Source: Mytilus edulis (lineage: Eukaryota). From it: a stretch of 64,000 nucleotides of DNA. The stretch is from the NCBI RefSeq assembly GCF_963676685.1, contig NC_092346.1, forward strand, positions 29,822,001-29,886,000, read 5' to 3'. Below the pieces are notes generated by a model. It was given only the letters and a program-made list of their open reading frames with translations. It did no database searches and was not told the DNA's origin. This document shows, piece by piece, positions 50,145-63,876 of the stretch. Both the position numbers and the translations under genes were made by a program. Numbering within the stretch: the stretch's first letter is position 1; the number at the start of each line of letters is the position of its first letter.

Positions 50145-53100
50145 TCAAGTTTTGTCACTCATCAGTTTGTGGCAGTGGTCCTGGAGGACACCACAGAATA
50201 CGTCATAATGATGATTGATACCAGGCTGTACATGAAGTTTATATTTAGATCCTAAAGCACCCTCTGGATGTGGGCTTCCATAGAAAACCCTTGATATTCT
50301 GGAATGTACTAAAGCCATTGCACACCTAAAATAAAAATGATTTTGTCAACTATTTTTTAGGCCACACCAATTTAATTTCTTGTTCTACGGATTTTTGGAC
50401 TCCAAAATTTGGGGTGAGCGAGCGATTTGAACATTTTAATAAAAAAATATTTAATTTGCAAATTTTTGAGGCGAAGCTTGAAAAGTAAAGGCGAGCAATT
50501 ATAATTTTTTTTTGTAAACATAAAATAGTAGGTTTTGACAATATTAAAGCTTGATTTCTCACTTGTACTTTGACATTTCTTTAATTTCTGAAGTATTTTT
50601 TCCCTGTTCACCAAGAAATAATTAAATCTGGTCTATGTATGTGTGACTGACAATGAGACAATTCTCCATCCAAGTCATAATCAGTTTGGGGACAACCCCT
50701 TAATGTTATAAATATCCCTTTTACATGTTTTATGAGGGATCAATATAAGTTATAATATATTTGTTTGTACAAAAGGGCTCATATTTTCTCAAAGAACTAT
50801 ATTTCTATCTGGTATTAAATGGTCAAAACATGTCCAAGAATTTTGTAATATTCCTGGACTTGAACCATGTTAACACATTTACTTTAACAGTTTAATATTA
50901 TTCAAAATAAGTGGACCCCTCTTTTAGAAAAAGTTGTTTAAAATATGATGTAACTCTCCTCTTTTTGAGTACAAAATTCTATGTTTTCCAAGGTTTTGTA
51001 TAGAAGAACTATACAAATCCTTGGTATTTCTTTTTTCTTTTCTACATCAGTAAAATGACCCCTTGTCTGGGGAGGGTTGTTCTCAACCTGATAATAACAA
51101 ACACAGGTCAAAGTACGGCCTTTTACACAGGGCTTTGATACAGATCAAACAGCAGGCTATAAAGGACCCCAAAATTATTAGCGTACACAATTCGAACAGG
51201 AAAACCAACGATCTAATTTATATATCATGTATATCCAAACGGGAAAATACCAATGAACAACATCAACAAACGATAACTGCTGAACGACAGGCCCCTCAAT
51301 CAATCAGGACAGGTGCATAAACATGCAGCGGCTATGGATATTTTTGTTTCGCCAGCATACAATATAATTGCAGTTGAGGGCAAATCCTTCAGAAGTTCTT
51401 TGTACTTTATTCTAACAACGAACATTTTTTGATTGGGAATATAAGTAAGGGGGAAAGTAACCAATTTTTTGTTCTTTACAGGTATTCCCGCTGATATAAA
51501 TTTATATCGGAGCACTCCCGCTTTAGATAAATAGGTTTCATGCTGAAACAAATATTCTCACAGATATTTACAAAGTGTGGTGGGGTGCTTTTATGTTTAA
51601 AATCGTTATATACAGATTAGACTGTGATTTTAAAAACAAATGTTGATATCTTTTTATAATATTTATAAAAAAACGGTGCGGGAAATGGACATGATTACAT
51701 TTCCGGATGCGGGAAGCGGGAATATAAAAAAAATAAAAAAATTCTGTTTTGAAAAAAATAGGTGCGGGCGGGTCCGTCGAACAAGGAATCTAATTGGTGT
51801 GGCCTTATTGTATTTTGATTTGGACTGTTATTGTTCAATACTGACTTTGCTGTGTTTAATACTACATTTCTTAATTAGTCATCTGAAGGAATGCCCAGAA
51901 CAATGCATTTAGATTTGAACTATAATTGTACAATACTTGGTTTGCTCTGTTCTTAATTTGACATCCTAAGAAACGCTCAGAGCCAAACAATTGAGTAGCT
52001 GAGTTATACCATTTAGGAATAATAAGGATCAACTTAAAAGCAGTTTCAGACTTATTTTTTTTTGTGTTAATCATAAAATTGAGTGATTAGTTGTCAAAAT
52101 GTTTTTATTTTGGTTTCATAGATTTAAGGTTTAATTCTGCTTTCATGGAAGCATACGTTTGTGGCGTTGACCAATTCTGATTAAAATTGTATATTAAATT
52201 TGTATTTCATTTAATAGCATGGTTGTAAACTGAATTTCCCGATTACCCAAGGGCTGAGACCAATGAACATTCCACAGTAAGAAACCACCAAAATTACTAA
52301 GGAACATTAGATACCAGCAGTATTGACCCAATGGATGTAAAGCAATACCAAATTGGGCCTTTCAATGATTTTATTTATTAACTTTTATCAAGTCTTAATA
52401 AATAAACACAAATTTTGCCTTTATAAATTCAGTTTTAATTGGTGTTCTTTGTCATATAAACATGCATAAAAAATATCCATAGATTAAACATTTTTAAACA
52501 ACTGGTACCTATATCATGTTCAGGCAACAAATCTATACTGTAACACTTACATAATGCATGGTTCAGCAGTTACATACAAATCATAACCAGTACACAAATA
52601 GGGGCCTGTTTTGTCTCCCTTCTCTATACGACAGGAATGTTTTTGCAAATTGTTGGAACTTTTATCTGCAAAGAAAACCAAATATCAGACTAAAAATCAA
52701 ACAAAATTAGCTGTCAGAAGCCTAACTAGCTATTAGAAGCCTTCATGAAAGGGATGTGTAGACTTGATCATCAACTCCAATGGATGGTCAACTAACAAGC
52801 AGTGTGTCTTGTTTTCCAGGAAAATTAGAATACTATCCCATATTCCCATTATGTTTTTAATTTGCAATTCATAGTTATGAGCATGCTTGAATATAACAAC
52901 GAAAGGATTTATTATATTCATGTATCATGGATTTATTGCTCAATCATAACAACAAAAATTATTTTTAATTTGATCAACCAGTTGAACAATTATCTCCCCT
53001 TTATTTTAACACTTGGTTTTTGCATGGACAATTCCTAAGGAACTGCACATTTGTGTCATTAAAATAATTTCAATTTTACTGTATTATTTCCTAAATCCTT

Positions 53101-56100
53101 ATTACCATAACACATTGTTGCAATCATTCATATATAATCAGTGAAATGATTATCTCCCCTTTATTTAACATAAAGGATCAATTCCTTGGGATCTACACGT
53201 TTGTGTCATTAAAATAATTTCAATTTTACTATATTTCAAAAATCATTTTTATAAGTAAGTATGTCTATCCCTATTTATACATAATCAGTGCAATCTTTTC
53301 CAGCACAGGAATTCAGGGGGAAAAAAAACCAAAATGATTATCTCCCCTTTATTTCAACCCTGGATAGTATGGACGATTACTTAGGAATTGCACATTTTTG
53401 TCATTAAAATCATTTCAATTTTAATATATTATCAAATAAATCATTATCACCATAATTAAGTGTTGCAATCTTTATTCATACATAATCAGTGCAATCTTTT
53501 CCACCACAGGAATTCTGGGAAAAAATGTTAAGTAATTTGGTAAAACTCTTGAGAAATTCTGTTACTTTTAAAACATACCTGATAATTGCCACATTCCACC
53601 ACCTTGTACTGTGGCCACCTGATCTATTGCAACCATAACAGCATGCTGAAGAGGGTGTTTTCCTTGTCGTAGGTCACATGACTTTGCTATTATTGTGTCA
53701 GACTTGGGATCTACTATCACAGCTCCTATATGTAACTTAAAAAAATAGTATACATGGCTTAAATCCTCATAAATTTGAAATGGAAAGCAGTTAGGAATAG
53801 TCCATTAAAATGTATGCGGGAGGGTAGGAAGGGACTTTAAAATATCCCTACAACCAAGAACTATTTTTTAGATAATTTTACATTTAATGGTAATAAGTGC
53901 ATACAGAAAAAAGATCCATGAACCACATTCAATAATTAAACTTCCCTTCCTACCCTCTCTCATATGTTTAAATGGAATATCCCTAATAATAATATGAAAA
54001 ATGTTTAATTAACTAAAAGAAAAAAGAACATGGTTAATCAAAAACTCAAACTGATGTACTAATTATTCAAAGGACAAAAATGTCATTGTGATAAATTATT
54101 GACGATGCTTTAAAGGTAAATCTGGAGTGACGTTAAAATTTTTGATTTATTTTTGTTTCCTCTCTAGAATCTGCATTGATATTGGTATAACAGTAAACCT
54201 TGTAAACTGAAGACTTGGCAACAGAAATAGCTTCTTCCATATTCTTGTGTATAAGATTCACTTCTTCAGTACTGAAAAAACTTCTGTTCAAAAGTCTGGT
54301 TATCCTGTAAAAAAAAAATTAATCTATTTAAAATGAATATTCTATTATGGTTCTTAATGATTGACAGATTCTTCATGGAAATATCATTTTAATTACAAAT
54401 TAAAATTTTTGATTAAGCTCAAAATCAAGGAAAATATGAATTTCACAATATCATCATGATCATGGAAAGGTTAGTATTAATTCTTGTACATGTGTTTTGT
54501 CCTTTTTCATCTGTTTTTTTTCTCTTTCAATCATGGATTGTTATTTTGATTTATGATTTTTGAACTTTTCTAGCAAAGAGTGTTTGTGTAAATGAAAAGC
54601 TTGGTTTTTTTATTTGTGGGGAAAATTGTTGGTTTATGGATTAAATGTTAAAAGACTTCAATCATTTAATTGGTATCAAAATTCAGTTTTGACAAAAATT
54701 TAAAAACTGACAAATCCAAGGCCTTTTAAGGAAGTTTCTTAGGTGACGTCAACTGTAAAAACAATTCCATTATAATATTCTTATTTATTAACCAACTAAG
54801 TACATTATTGCCAACAATGACTGTTTATTATAAACCCTAAATGGGCTTAATACAGACAAACTGGGCATCAATACAGGGCCATTACAGAATAACAGGGCCA
54901 TTACAGAAAAACAAGGCCATTACAGAAAAACAGGGCCATCAGTTACAGAAAAAACAGGGCCATTACAGAAAAACAGTGTTAATATCAAATATAATAAATG
55001 TAATATGGCCGTCGATTTCCAAAACGGATCGCCTCATTTAAAAAGTCACCATAATTTTATTCAATAGAAATATTATACCTTTTATCTTCATGGAAACTAC
55101 ATGGCCAATATTGTACTGCATTGTTATACTGTTGTCTGGTCAAGGGAGGTAATTTAGGTACTTTTACCAAATATGGTTTACTAACATGACAATAGACTGG
55201 ATTCTTTTCACACAAATCAGACCAGGTATTATTCAAGAAATCTTCTTCATAATTCTCAGCAACAATTATCTGCAATTCATTGGCTGAAATATATTTAAAC
55301 AACATAATCAACAGTTTTTCGCAAATTCCATAACCAATCTGTTCAAAATTGTTTTGAATATTTAGCATTTGTCTTTTCAGTTTCAAAGTAAATTCAACAA
55401 ATTTCACATACAGGACTGAATATTTCATAAGATTATATGAGCAAGATGTTTTTTCTAAATTTTATTTTTAGGCAATTAAGAAATAAATTATATGAAACCA
55501 ATATGGGGCCTTGGAGGCCGAATGGTCGCAGTAGTTACTACTGTAATCACTAGCCAGTCACCATTGAGGTTGTGGGTTCCAATCCCGATCGTGAGAGTGC
55601 ACTTGACTCAAATCTCAATTAACTAGGATTGTCAGTTTTCTTATCAAAGGTCAGAGGCTTTCTCCAGGCACTCTGGCTTCAACCAGCAATAAAACTGGTC
55701 ACCACAAAATAGCCTAAAGGTTTAAAAGTGGTGTTAAACACCAAAATATCAATCAATCAATATGAAACAAATAAACAATATTTCAGGGCCTTTAATGCTG
55801 ACTATGCAGTATGTACAGGCCTTTGCTTATTGCTGAGGACTGTACAGTGACCTATAGCTGTTAATTTCTGAGTTATTTGGTCTTTTGTGGAGAGATGTCT
55901 CATTGACAATCATCTTCTTTTTTAAATATATATAATTTAATTTTGGATGTAACGCGTCTTCTGATTGGCTGACGTTATTTTGTTATGAGCCCATAGACAT
56001 AATTTAGTCATGTGACCCTGACGTCATCAACCGTTTTTTCATGGTTTTCTACGGTTTAAAATGGAATTTAGAATTAAATTATAAGAAATGACTGTAATAT

Positions 56101-58504
56101 TTTTTCTGTCTATTCGAAATAACATAAAAAATGTGGTGCACACTGTAAATAACCCGCTACGCGCGTTATTCAGTGTGCACCAAATTTTTTATGTTATTTC
56201 TTCATAGAAAGAAAAAATATTACAGTCATTCCTTAAATATACTATTTCTTTTAGTTCTGGGAATTTTCTGTCTCGTTAATATCCAATTTCTGTGTTTTTC
56301 CATCAATGAATAAATAAATATATTTATTACATTGGTTGCAACGAATTACATTGATTTCCCAGTCAAATAAAAACTGATAATTTCACATGTGAAATAAACG
56401 TGGTTATTTCACTCTCTGACGTCATACAACAATAGGCGTTGTCAAGACGTCGATAATGTCAGATCAAAACATGCGTAGGAAAAACAAATAGTTCCTTACA
56501 TTTTCTACATTAATTTCATAAAAAAAAGAGCCATTTGCCAATGTAATAAGAAGAATAACTAATCAAAGAATTCAAATATCGAAAAATATTCAACTCGTGA
56601 CCGAACAACACTGATAATTAACTCATGCACTACGCGCATTCGTGAATTAATGTGTTGTTCGGTAACTCGTTGAATATTTTTCTCTATTTGAATTCTTCGG
56701 TTAGTTATTCTATATATAACAATATTATCAATAAAACAATAGGGTACCTTGATTTGATCTGACTCTTTTCAGGTGAGATAACTTGTCCAAAGGTAAATGT
56801 TTACAAATGTTTCTGAAAATAAAATAAATACATATTTTTTTTAAAGAATACATAATTGTACCACCACTAAAAAAATCTACAAATAGAAAAACAGAAAGAT
56901 AAAACTAACCAAGAATGTGTCCATAGTAGGTAAATGGATACGTCCCCATTTGTACTTCCATTTTCTTTGTTCAGTGAAGCGAGAAACTTGGATCAAAACT
57001 CAAATTTTGCATTAAAATTAAAAAGATCATATAGAGAAAATGTGTACTAATTTTCAAGTTGATTGGATTTAAACTTCATCATAAAACTTCCTTGACCAAA
57101 AACTTTAACCAAAAACTTAAACCTTTAGAGATACAGACAGAAGAACGAGCAATCAACGGACAAACAGACAAACAAATAGAAGCACAGACCAAAAAACATA
57201 ACGCCCCCCAAAATGGGTTATTACAAATGGCTAAATGATAGTAATTTTCTAAAATATAGGAAACTATATGTGCTATTTCATCACTGAAAGAAAACACATT
57301 ATAAACACTAACATACAACATATAGATATCCTGACATTGTTTAAGCAAAAAATGTGGTGGAGTTTTATTTTCATCAAAATAAAATCTAAATCCCATAATT
57401 AAAAGCATTTATTTTCAAAACTTCCCAGAATTTTGTTACTTTTTGATACATTGACATCAGCTGATTGACATGGTCTGTCCTACCTTCCACACCAAAAAAA
57501 GTAAAGTGTTTTTGAGATGCAAGTACATGATGGGTGCCACATGTGGAGCAGTATCTGCTTACCCTTCGCATAAGCATAGATCACCCCCAGACTTATTTTG
57601 GGTAAATGTTGCTTAGTCTTTAGTTTTCTATGTTGTGTTTAGTGTACTTTAGTTTGTCTGTTGGTTCTTTTCTTTTTTAGCTATGGCGTTATCAGTTTAT
57701 TTTCAACTTCTGAGTTTTAATGTCTCTCTGGTATCTATCTCCTATCTTTTTGTATATTTAAAATTATTAAGTAACATTTCTTATAAGGAGGTGGTCTGTT
57801 AACTATTTCTCCCATGAAGATATATTTCTAGTAACACTTTCTGAGCTGTTAAATGAAACAGTGATATGAAAAATATTTCAATTTAATTGGCTTATCCATC
57901 ATCATGAAATGATATTGTGACATTTTCATTGGCTATTTGTTAGGTCATTAATAAATTTCAAAGGTCAAATGATGTACATTTTCTCCATGGCAACAGATAT
58001 ATGTGATGTCTTCCATCATTCAATAAAACTGACACTTTTCACCTGAAATCATATCTTTAATCCTAATGTTCTACTTAATTTTTGGTTAAGTGCAACTTAC
58101 TTCACTATTTCTGAGGTCTTCTTTTTGTCTTTTATTGTACACACAAATATGTCAACTGCAAAATTAATAAAGTTTCTTGGTGTCATATACAACTGTTTTT
58201 ACATATATATATTTGTGTTGCACTTTTAAATCAGATGTTGTTTTTCTTTAAATAAAAAGTTATTTTTCCTAGAATATATATATACAAAAGAAAATCAAAT
58301 CAAAATTATAAATTCTTTCCAAGGATGTTATCCATGAAAGAACAAAATGAGAATTTATTCATACTGACCTAACTCAAGTGAACGATAATAAACATCATCT
58401 AAAACTGCTTCAGGTTGTTTCATTAAAGTTGGTTCTCCAGTGAACTGTTTCTTTGAGCAGCTGGAACTTATATCATAATCATAGCAATTGCTCACTTCTT
58501 CCAT
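50145..58504 (-). CDS. ADAT3: tRNA adenosine-34 deaminase non-catalytic subunit ADAT3/Tad3 (339 aa, 8 coding exons)
   Basis: Exons 58504-58369, 58155-58101, 56812-56748, 55283-55079, 54304-54199, 53735-53579, 52665-52551, 50325-50145 (1020 nt, phase-consistent). Motifs: HLKRVR, PLTRQQY...YWPCSFHEDK, HPLQHAVMVAID (V in place of the catalytic E), [35 protein letters not shown]. Confidence 0.95.
50360..51804. mobile_element. Non-autonomous PIF/Harbinger element in the last ADAT3 intron
   Basis: TIR GGCCACACCAATT.AATT.CTTGTTC at both ends; TTA TSD (50357-50359, 51805-51807). Confidence 0.8.
52985..53520. repeat. Three degenerate tandem units of ~160-190 bp in an ADAT3 intron
   Basis: Repeated ATTATCTCCCCTTTATTT and GTCATTAAAATAATTTCAATTTTA. 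Confidence 0.7.
55505..55760 (+). mobile_element. tRNA-derived SINE (V-domain-like) with (TCAA)n tail
   Basis: A-box-like TGGAGGCCGAATGG, B-box-like GGTTCCAATCCC, TTTCTCCAGGCACTCTGGCTTC core, TCAATCAATCAA tail, short direct repeat CAATATG. Confidence 0.7.
55932..56237. mobile_element. Non-autonomous element ending in a ~150-bp imperfect palindrome centred on CTACGCGC
   Basis: 56083-56235 folds back (AAGAAATGACTGTAATATTTTTTCT / AGAAAAAATATTACAGTCATTCCTT). Confidence 0.6.
56322..56713. mobile_element. Second element with a ~160-bp terminal palindrome centred on CTACGCGC
   Basis: 56551-56712 folds back (AGAATAACTAATC..AGAATTCAAATA / TATTTGAATTCT..GTTAGTTATTCT). Confidence 0.6.
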
Positions 58505-60439
58505 GTTCTTGATCCAAAGTTCATCCCGTTAAGCCTTGACCTTTCATCTTAATCTACATCAGGATAGCGCACCTACTTTTGGTACTGAGTGCAGATCTAA
58601 TAAAGAAAAGGTATAAGTATTACAGATTCTATTGAATAATAAAACATATTTCAATTTTGGTTAAATAATTCCCTTTGTCAAAAATATTAAGTTCTGTGCT
58701 TCTCCTTAAAACTTGAAAAGGTAATTACCTATTTGCATGACCTTGACTTTGAAGCCTATGACCTCAAAATCAGTATTACAGATTATATTTAATGATGAGA
58801 GATATTTGAAATTTGGTTAAATAATTCCCCTTGATTAATATGTTGAGTTCTGCACTTCTAAACAATTTTAAAAGATAATTACTTATTTTTATGACCTTGA
58901 CTTTGAAGCTTATGACCTCAATTTTGTTTTGTTTTGTCAATTAGAGAACCAGACAATTTAAGACTACTGGTAACTCACACCTTACTTGTTTCTTTATTGT
59001 TATTAACAAAAGAATATACATGATAACAATTAGTGATTACATAATCAATGGATTAACATGATTACCAACTTAAGGATTATCACAGTTTTACCTGTTACTA
59101 GCTTTTATACATGTAATATCACTTAAAAAAACTAAATTCTGCACTTCCTACTTTAGATATGTTTCATTTATATTTCTTTGGTGTATAGAACAATATTTTT
59201 TTAGGGCAAGACCTTCAAATTCAGAAATGCTGGTTCATGGACTGGGGCACTGGGGTCCTGGAGACCCTTATAGTCATCTACAATATCATGAGTATGTATA
59301 TATCTATAAATATATAAAAGTTGGTCTTCACCTATCAGACAGTTCTTCAAGAATTTATTATATATAATTCTAGCAATTCATTAATTTTAGATATTCATTG
59401 TGATGTGGAGAAAATTTTTAAAAGGTTCTTTTTATATTTATAGATTTTTTTTTGTATATACATACATTATGTAATTATGTCAGGAATGTTATTTTTAAAT
59501 AATCAATGTGTCCTGAAACTATTACACTAATATATTAGTCTTACTAGGTGGAAAACTAAATATTCTTCTGAACTAGTTTTGAAACCAAGCATTTATTTCT
59601 CATCAGATTTTTGAAATGCATTTTGTGTGTTGGTCACTGATGATATCTGCGGACAGGTCCCAGGCCAAACCATAAATACTGGATATGGGGTTATTTCTCT
59701 TGACTCATAATTTTTTAGGGCCTAGTATATATATTCTATAATCTTTTAACCCTCTATTAAGACCCTTTGCCTTCATGGCCATTTAAAGTGCTCTTTTACT
59801 ATCACTGGTTTTTTCACAAAAGATGAGATGCAATAATTGGAAAATAATCCGGTTATGGAGAACACACACAATTGATTATGATAATATTACATTGTACATG
59901 TACTTTTTTTGAATTTTTCAAAATTTAACAAATGTACATCTATACTGAATTAAATTCATGAATATTATGGATTTTTACCCCAACCCATGCATTAGGGTTG
60001 TAAATCCTAAAATGTACTTTCTCTGTTAGATGATAAAAATAATCTACTGATTTTGACGAAATAAATGGTAAAGATAATTATTTGAGACCACTGACCAGCT
60101 GATGAATCAGGATAAAGATATTTTAACTAATCCAGGTAAAATTTTAAACCAATTTGACATTAAAGGTAGCCGAAAATTACTGTTTGACGACTGACAGTTA
60201 AGAGCATTCCTTCCCTCTTACATGAACCTTTACTCTGCTGGCTAATGGTAAAAATTTAAAGTAAATTATATACAAAATATTTCGTGGGGCGCAGCTAGAT
60301 TTGACAACAGAAGCCCAACCCTTAACTTTTTTTAATTTCAAGTTGCATATGACTTTAACCAAAAATATATTTCCATTTATTATTAAAAAATAGAAGGTAA
60401 TTTAATCTTAAAAGTCATAATCATTATATTATATACTTA

Positions 60440-60983
60440 TTCTGTATTCTGTATTCTGTAGGTGTCGCTGTTGACACTGGATTGTCTCCCTTGTAATTAT
60501 TTAAATCTCTCGTGTATTTATATTTCACTCTGGTAAACAACTCACTTGTACTTTAAAATACATACTATTAGGTGGCAACTGTGCTTAACATATTTTTCCA
60601 AAAATTAAAAAATATATCTACATTTATTAATTAACATGAAAATTTAACGGAAAAGAAAGAAAAAAAAAAAAAATAAAGAAAAAAAAAATCAAAAAAAATC
60701 TAACATTACATTAATCAAACCGGCGCGACTCGCAAATAAAGTCACCCAACAATCGCATTAGTGTTTCATTAGAGACGGAGACATTGTCGTTTTTTTCTAT
60801 TGACAATAAAAGTTCCAAATCAATATGTAACGATCCTGTGTTGAAGTATATCTCATGTATAAGTTTCTGTCTTGCCTCTTCATAATTTTCACAAAATAGT
60901 AAATAATGTTCCACAGTTTCTAATTGACCGCATTCACACTTTGGGTCTATATTTTGATTGATTTTGTTTTGATAATTTTTTAA
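60440..60983 (-). mobile_element. 5'-truncated LINE (ORF2 C-terminal CCHC knuckle, 3' UTR, (ACAGAAT)3 tail)
   Basis: PKCECGQLETVEHYLLFC...FICESRRF*; 10-bp TSD TATATACTTA (60430-60439, 60984-60993). Confidence 0.85.
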
Positions 60984-62217
60984 TATATACTTAGCATTAG
61001 CCAATATATGGCATAGGGTTTCTTTTTTAAAGAATGGAATATATCTGTCAACTCATGAAATGAAAAAGAATGTCCTTTGAAAGGTTTAACTAACTCTCTA
61101 ACAGTGAGTATTCCTATACGATTTATAGCTTAGCCTTATGTAAGTTATGGAGACCTGATCAATATGAACTGCTTTAGTCTGTATATTGTAATTCTTAAAC
61201 GGAAATGATTTCGGTTAGGGTTTGTCTTTTAGAAATTTGGGAGGAAAAAATATTAAACAACGTTCTATTGGCTGAAATTTTAGATTTAACCAATCAAATA
61301 TTCTGTATTATGCCAATGTAATTGAGATGTGAGACGGGAGAGCTCGATGAGCTGAAGAATAATTTCGCAAATCACACTGTGATTAAACCACTGTAATTAT
61401 CAAATTATTTATTTATTTGTACTGCCCTTAATTGCGTAAAGTATAGACTCGGAATGAAGCACTTCAATTGTTGATCAAGCCCTGTCAATGGCCTTGGACA
61501 GATCTCTTCTAAAGTTCTATTTCTGATCTCGAAATATTGAACAAACACAGACACTCTTCACTTAATGACTTATGTCACTAGTCATGCTAGTGAAGATGTT
61601 AACGAATACATACCTATATACCTTTACCAAGGATTTTTATGGTCTACAAATTATTGCCTTCACCTACTGACCTACATGTAGCCCACAAAATCATAATGTC
61701 TAGTCACAGGCACTAGACGTTCTGTCAATAGCAAGTCAAGCTAATTTGCAATTCAATTTTTTTTTTGCTTAGTTGCAGGAAGGTGTCAAAGCGAAAAAAT
61801 AAAGTAGCAAGACAACATCAATGTGGGATAAAAACAGTCACAATAATAAAAAAAAAAAAAAACACGGCATGATATCGCTATTTGTCCGCCATTACTGGAT
61901 ATCACACAGGTTCCCGTATAATTTTGACGTCATAAAACAAAATATCTGAAGCCACAATGGAAAAGTGATTGTTGTTGACCTCAAAAGTTCAAGAGGCCGG
62001 GTCTGCCGGGATTAGCGATAAGGTGTATTATCTGGACTACTGTGACAAATGTAGGAAAATGTTTAGCAAAAATAAAAAATGAGCCTCTGTGGTTTTCCCT
62101 GAGGCTATTTTCATATTTTCAACGGCCCTGCTACATTTCCCATTGTGTGAAAAAAAATATTAGCTGTGCATATTAATTATTGAAGTTCATAATAACTTGA
62201 CATAATGCTGGCGAAAG

Positions 62218-63239
62218 TGTAAAGCAAAATAATGTCCTATGAAATATTGTCCAACAAGACAATATATCATGACTATGTACTATGAAATTCTGTCCTCATC
62301 TATAAAATTATGTCTTGAGACGGACAAATTTTCATAGTGGAATTTGGTCTTGTTTGATTACAATAATTCACAGATGAATAGTATGAAATTTTGTCCTGCT
62401 AAAGGGAAGTAATCATTTGTTTATATTAAGACAATATTTCATAGACTGATTGTTATGAAATTTTGTCTTATGAAGGGGAGGTTATCATCATATATCATGA
62501 TGGTTAAAAATATCATTAAAGTGTTTTCTTCAATTGACAATAACAAAAAAGAAAATAATAATAAATAGATACAGGTATAAACATGATAAATAGAAAACTA
62601 GTTTTGTAATCATGGATGGCAAGGAGTATAAAATACTTTTTGAGTTTCTCAGTCTAAAAGTTTCACTGGAAGGAATTTCAGAAAATCAGAAGAGAGTAAT
62701 TAGAAGAAAGTCTAATTACTTTTGTATACAGAACAATGAAATTTATTTCAAAAGTGTTGATAAGAAATCAAATGAAGTTATGAAAAGACTTGTGATTCAT
62801 AAAGACAAATTATAAAGAGTGATGTATCTATATAAATATATATATTAATAACCAAATTACAAAATATTTTGTTATTATTATTCAAAAATCTGCATGCTGC
62901 ATGTTTGTGTAATATAACTTGTATTAATTTGAACAAGAATTTTTATTATGGACAGTATTCTATAGGGAAAATTAATATTATGCTGTTGACAAAATTTAAT
63001 ATAAAATATTGTTAGCAGACACGTTTTCATAATGATATATTGTCATCAGAGACATGTATGTGTATATATGTCTCTGTTGTCATTGACAGTATTTTATAGT
63101 GAAATATTGTCTTTAAGGCGGTGACAAAATTTCATGGACAAGCACAATATTTCATAATGAAATAGTGTCCTTGACAATATTTCATTATGAAATGGTGTCT
63201 TAAGACAATATTTCATGGAGGATAATATTTTATGTTACA
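62218..63239 (+). mobile_element. Non-autonomous Ginger-type DNA transposon with an integrase N-terminal remnant (62612-62815)
   Basis: TGT...ACA termini with imperfect TIRs; 4-bp TSD AAAG (62214-62217, 63240-63243); many ATGAAATATTGTC subterminal motifs. The peptide YKILFEFLS...QKRVIRRKSNYFCIQNNEIYF resembles the GIN/Ginger integrase N-terminus. Confidence 0.75.
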
Positions 63240-63876
63240 AAAGCATGTGATGTGTTCTGAAACGTGACTAACTGGTAATTGTTAATACAATGAAATCGGC
63301 TGTTATTGTTTGAATGATAAAATTAGACAGAAGTCAAATCCATTCTGATGCACATCTCCTACATAACTTTCGAAAATCATTCCATTTGAATAATTTCAGT
63401 ATGAAACTGCGCCAACTCAACACTGGAGATACATTGACATATGACATTGAGATTTAGGTTGATATTAAATATAAAAAAAAATCCCCTGATATTTCAAATA
63501 TTTCAAAGCAAATATTGTGCTCCATCAGAAACAGTTGAAAAAACAATTAAAATCACAAATTTTGTCATGCTAATCAAAGATATCAATATTTTTTTCAGAT
63601 TAGCCCATACGTTATGCTATTTTTGTGTTTTTATCAGACACTGTTTATTGATTATGTAAAAGAAAAGTATTACATCACTGATGCAAAGTTGAAATGAGTT
63701 ATGGAAATTTATGCAATGGACTTTTGCATTGTAATTTTAGTGAAATTTCAGTTACTTGTTATTTGGAAGTGTAATTTGATAGTTTGTAGACCTACAGGAA
63801 TTGGTTCTGAGTGCTGAATCTTATTATGTGATAGATTAAATTCATTTTTTCTGTTAACAGGTCTACAGCCAGCAAA

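Noticed and set aside
54862-54975. ORF 54841-55041 with repeated QGHYR
   Set aside because: It derives from a ~17-20-bp intronic minisatellite (CAGGGCCATTACAGAAAAA).
55284-55428. N-terminal part of ORF 55057-55428
   Set aside because: Intronic; the true ADAT3 exon begins at the acceptor at 55283.
55505-55585. tRNA-like A/B boxes
   Set aside because: No cloverleaf; the sequence continues into a SINE body and tail.
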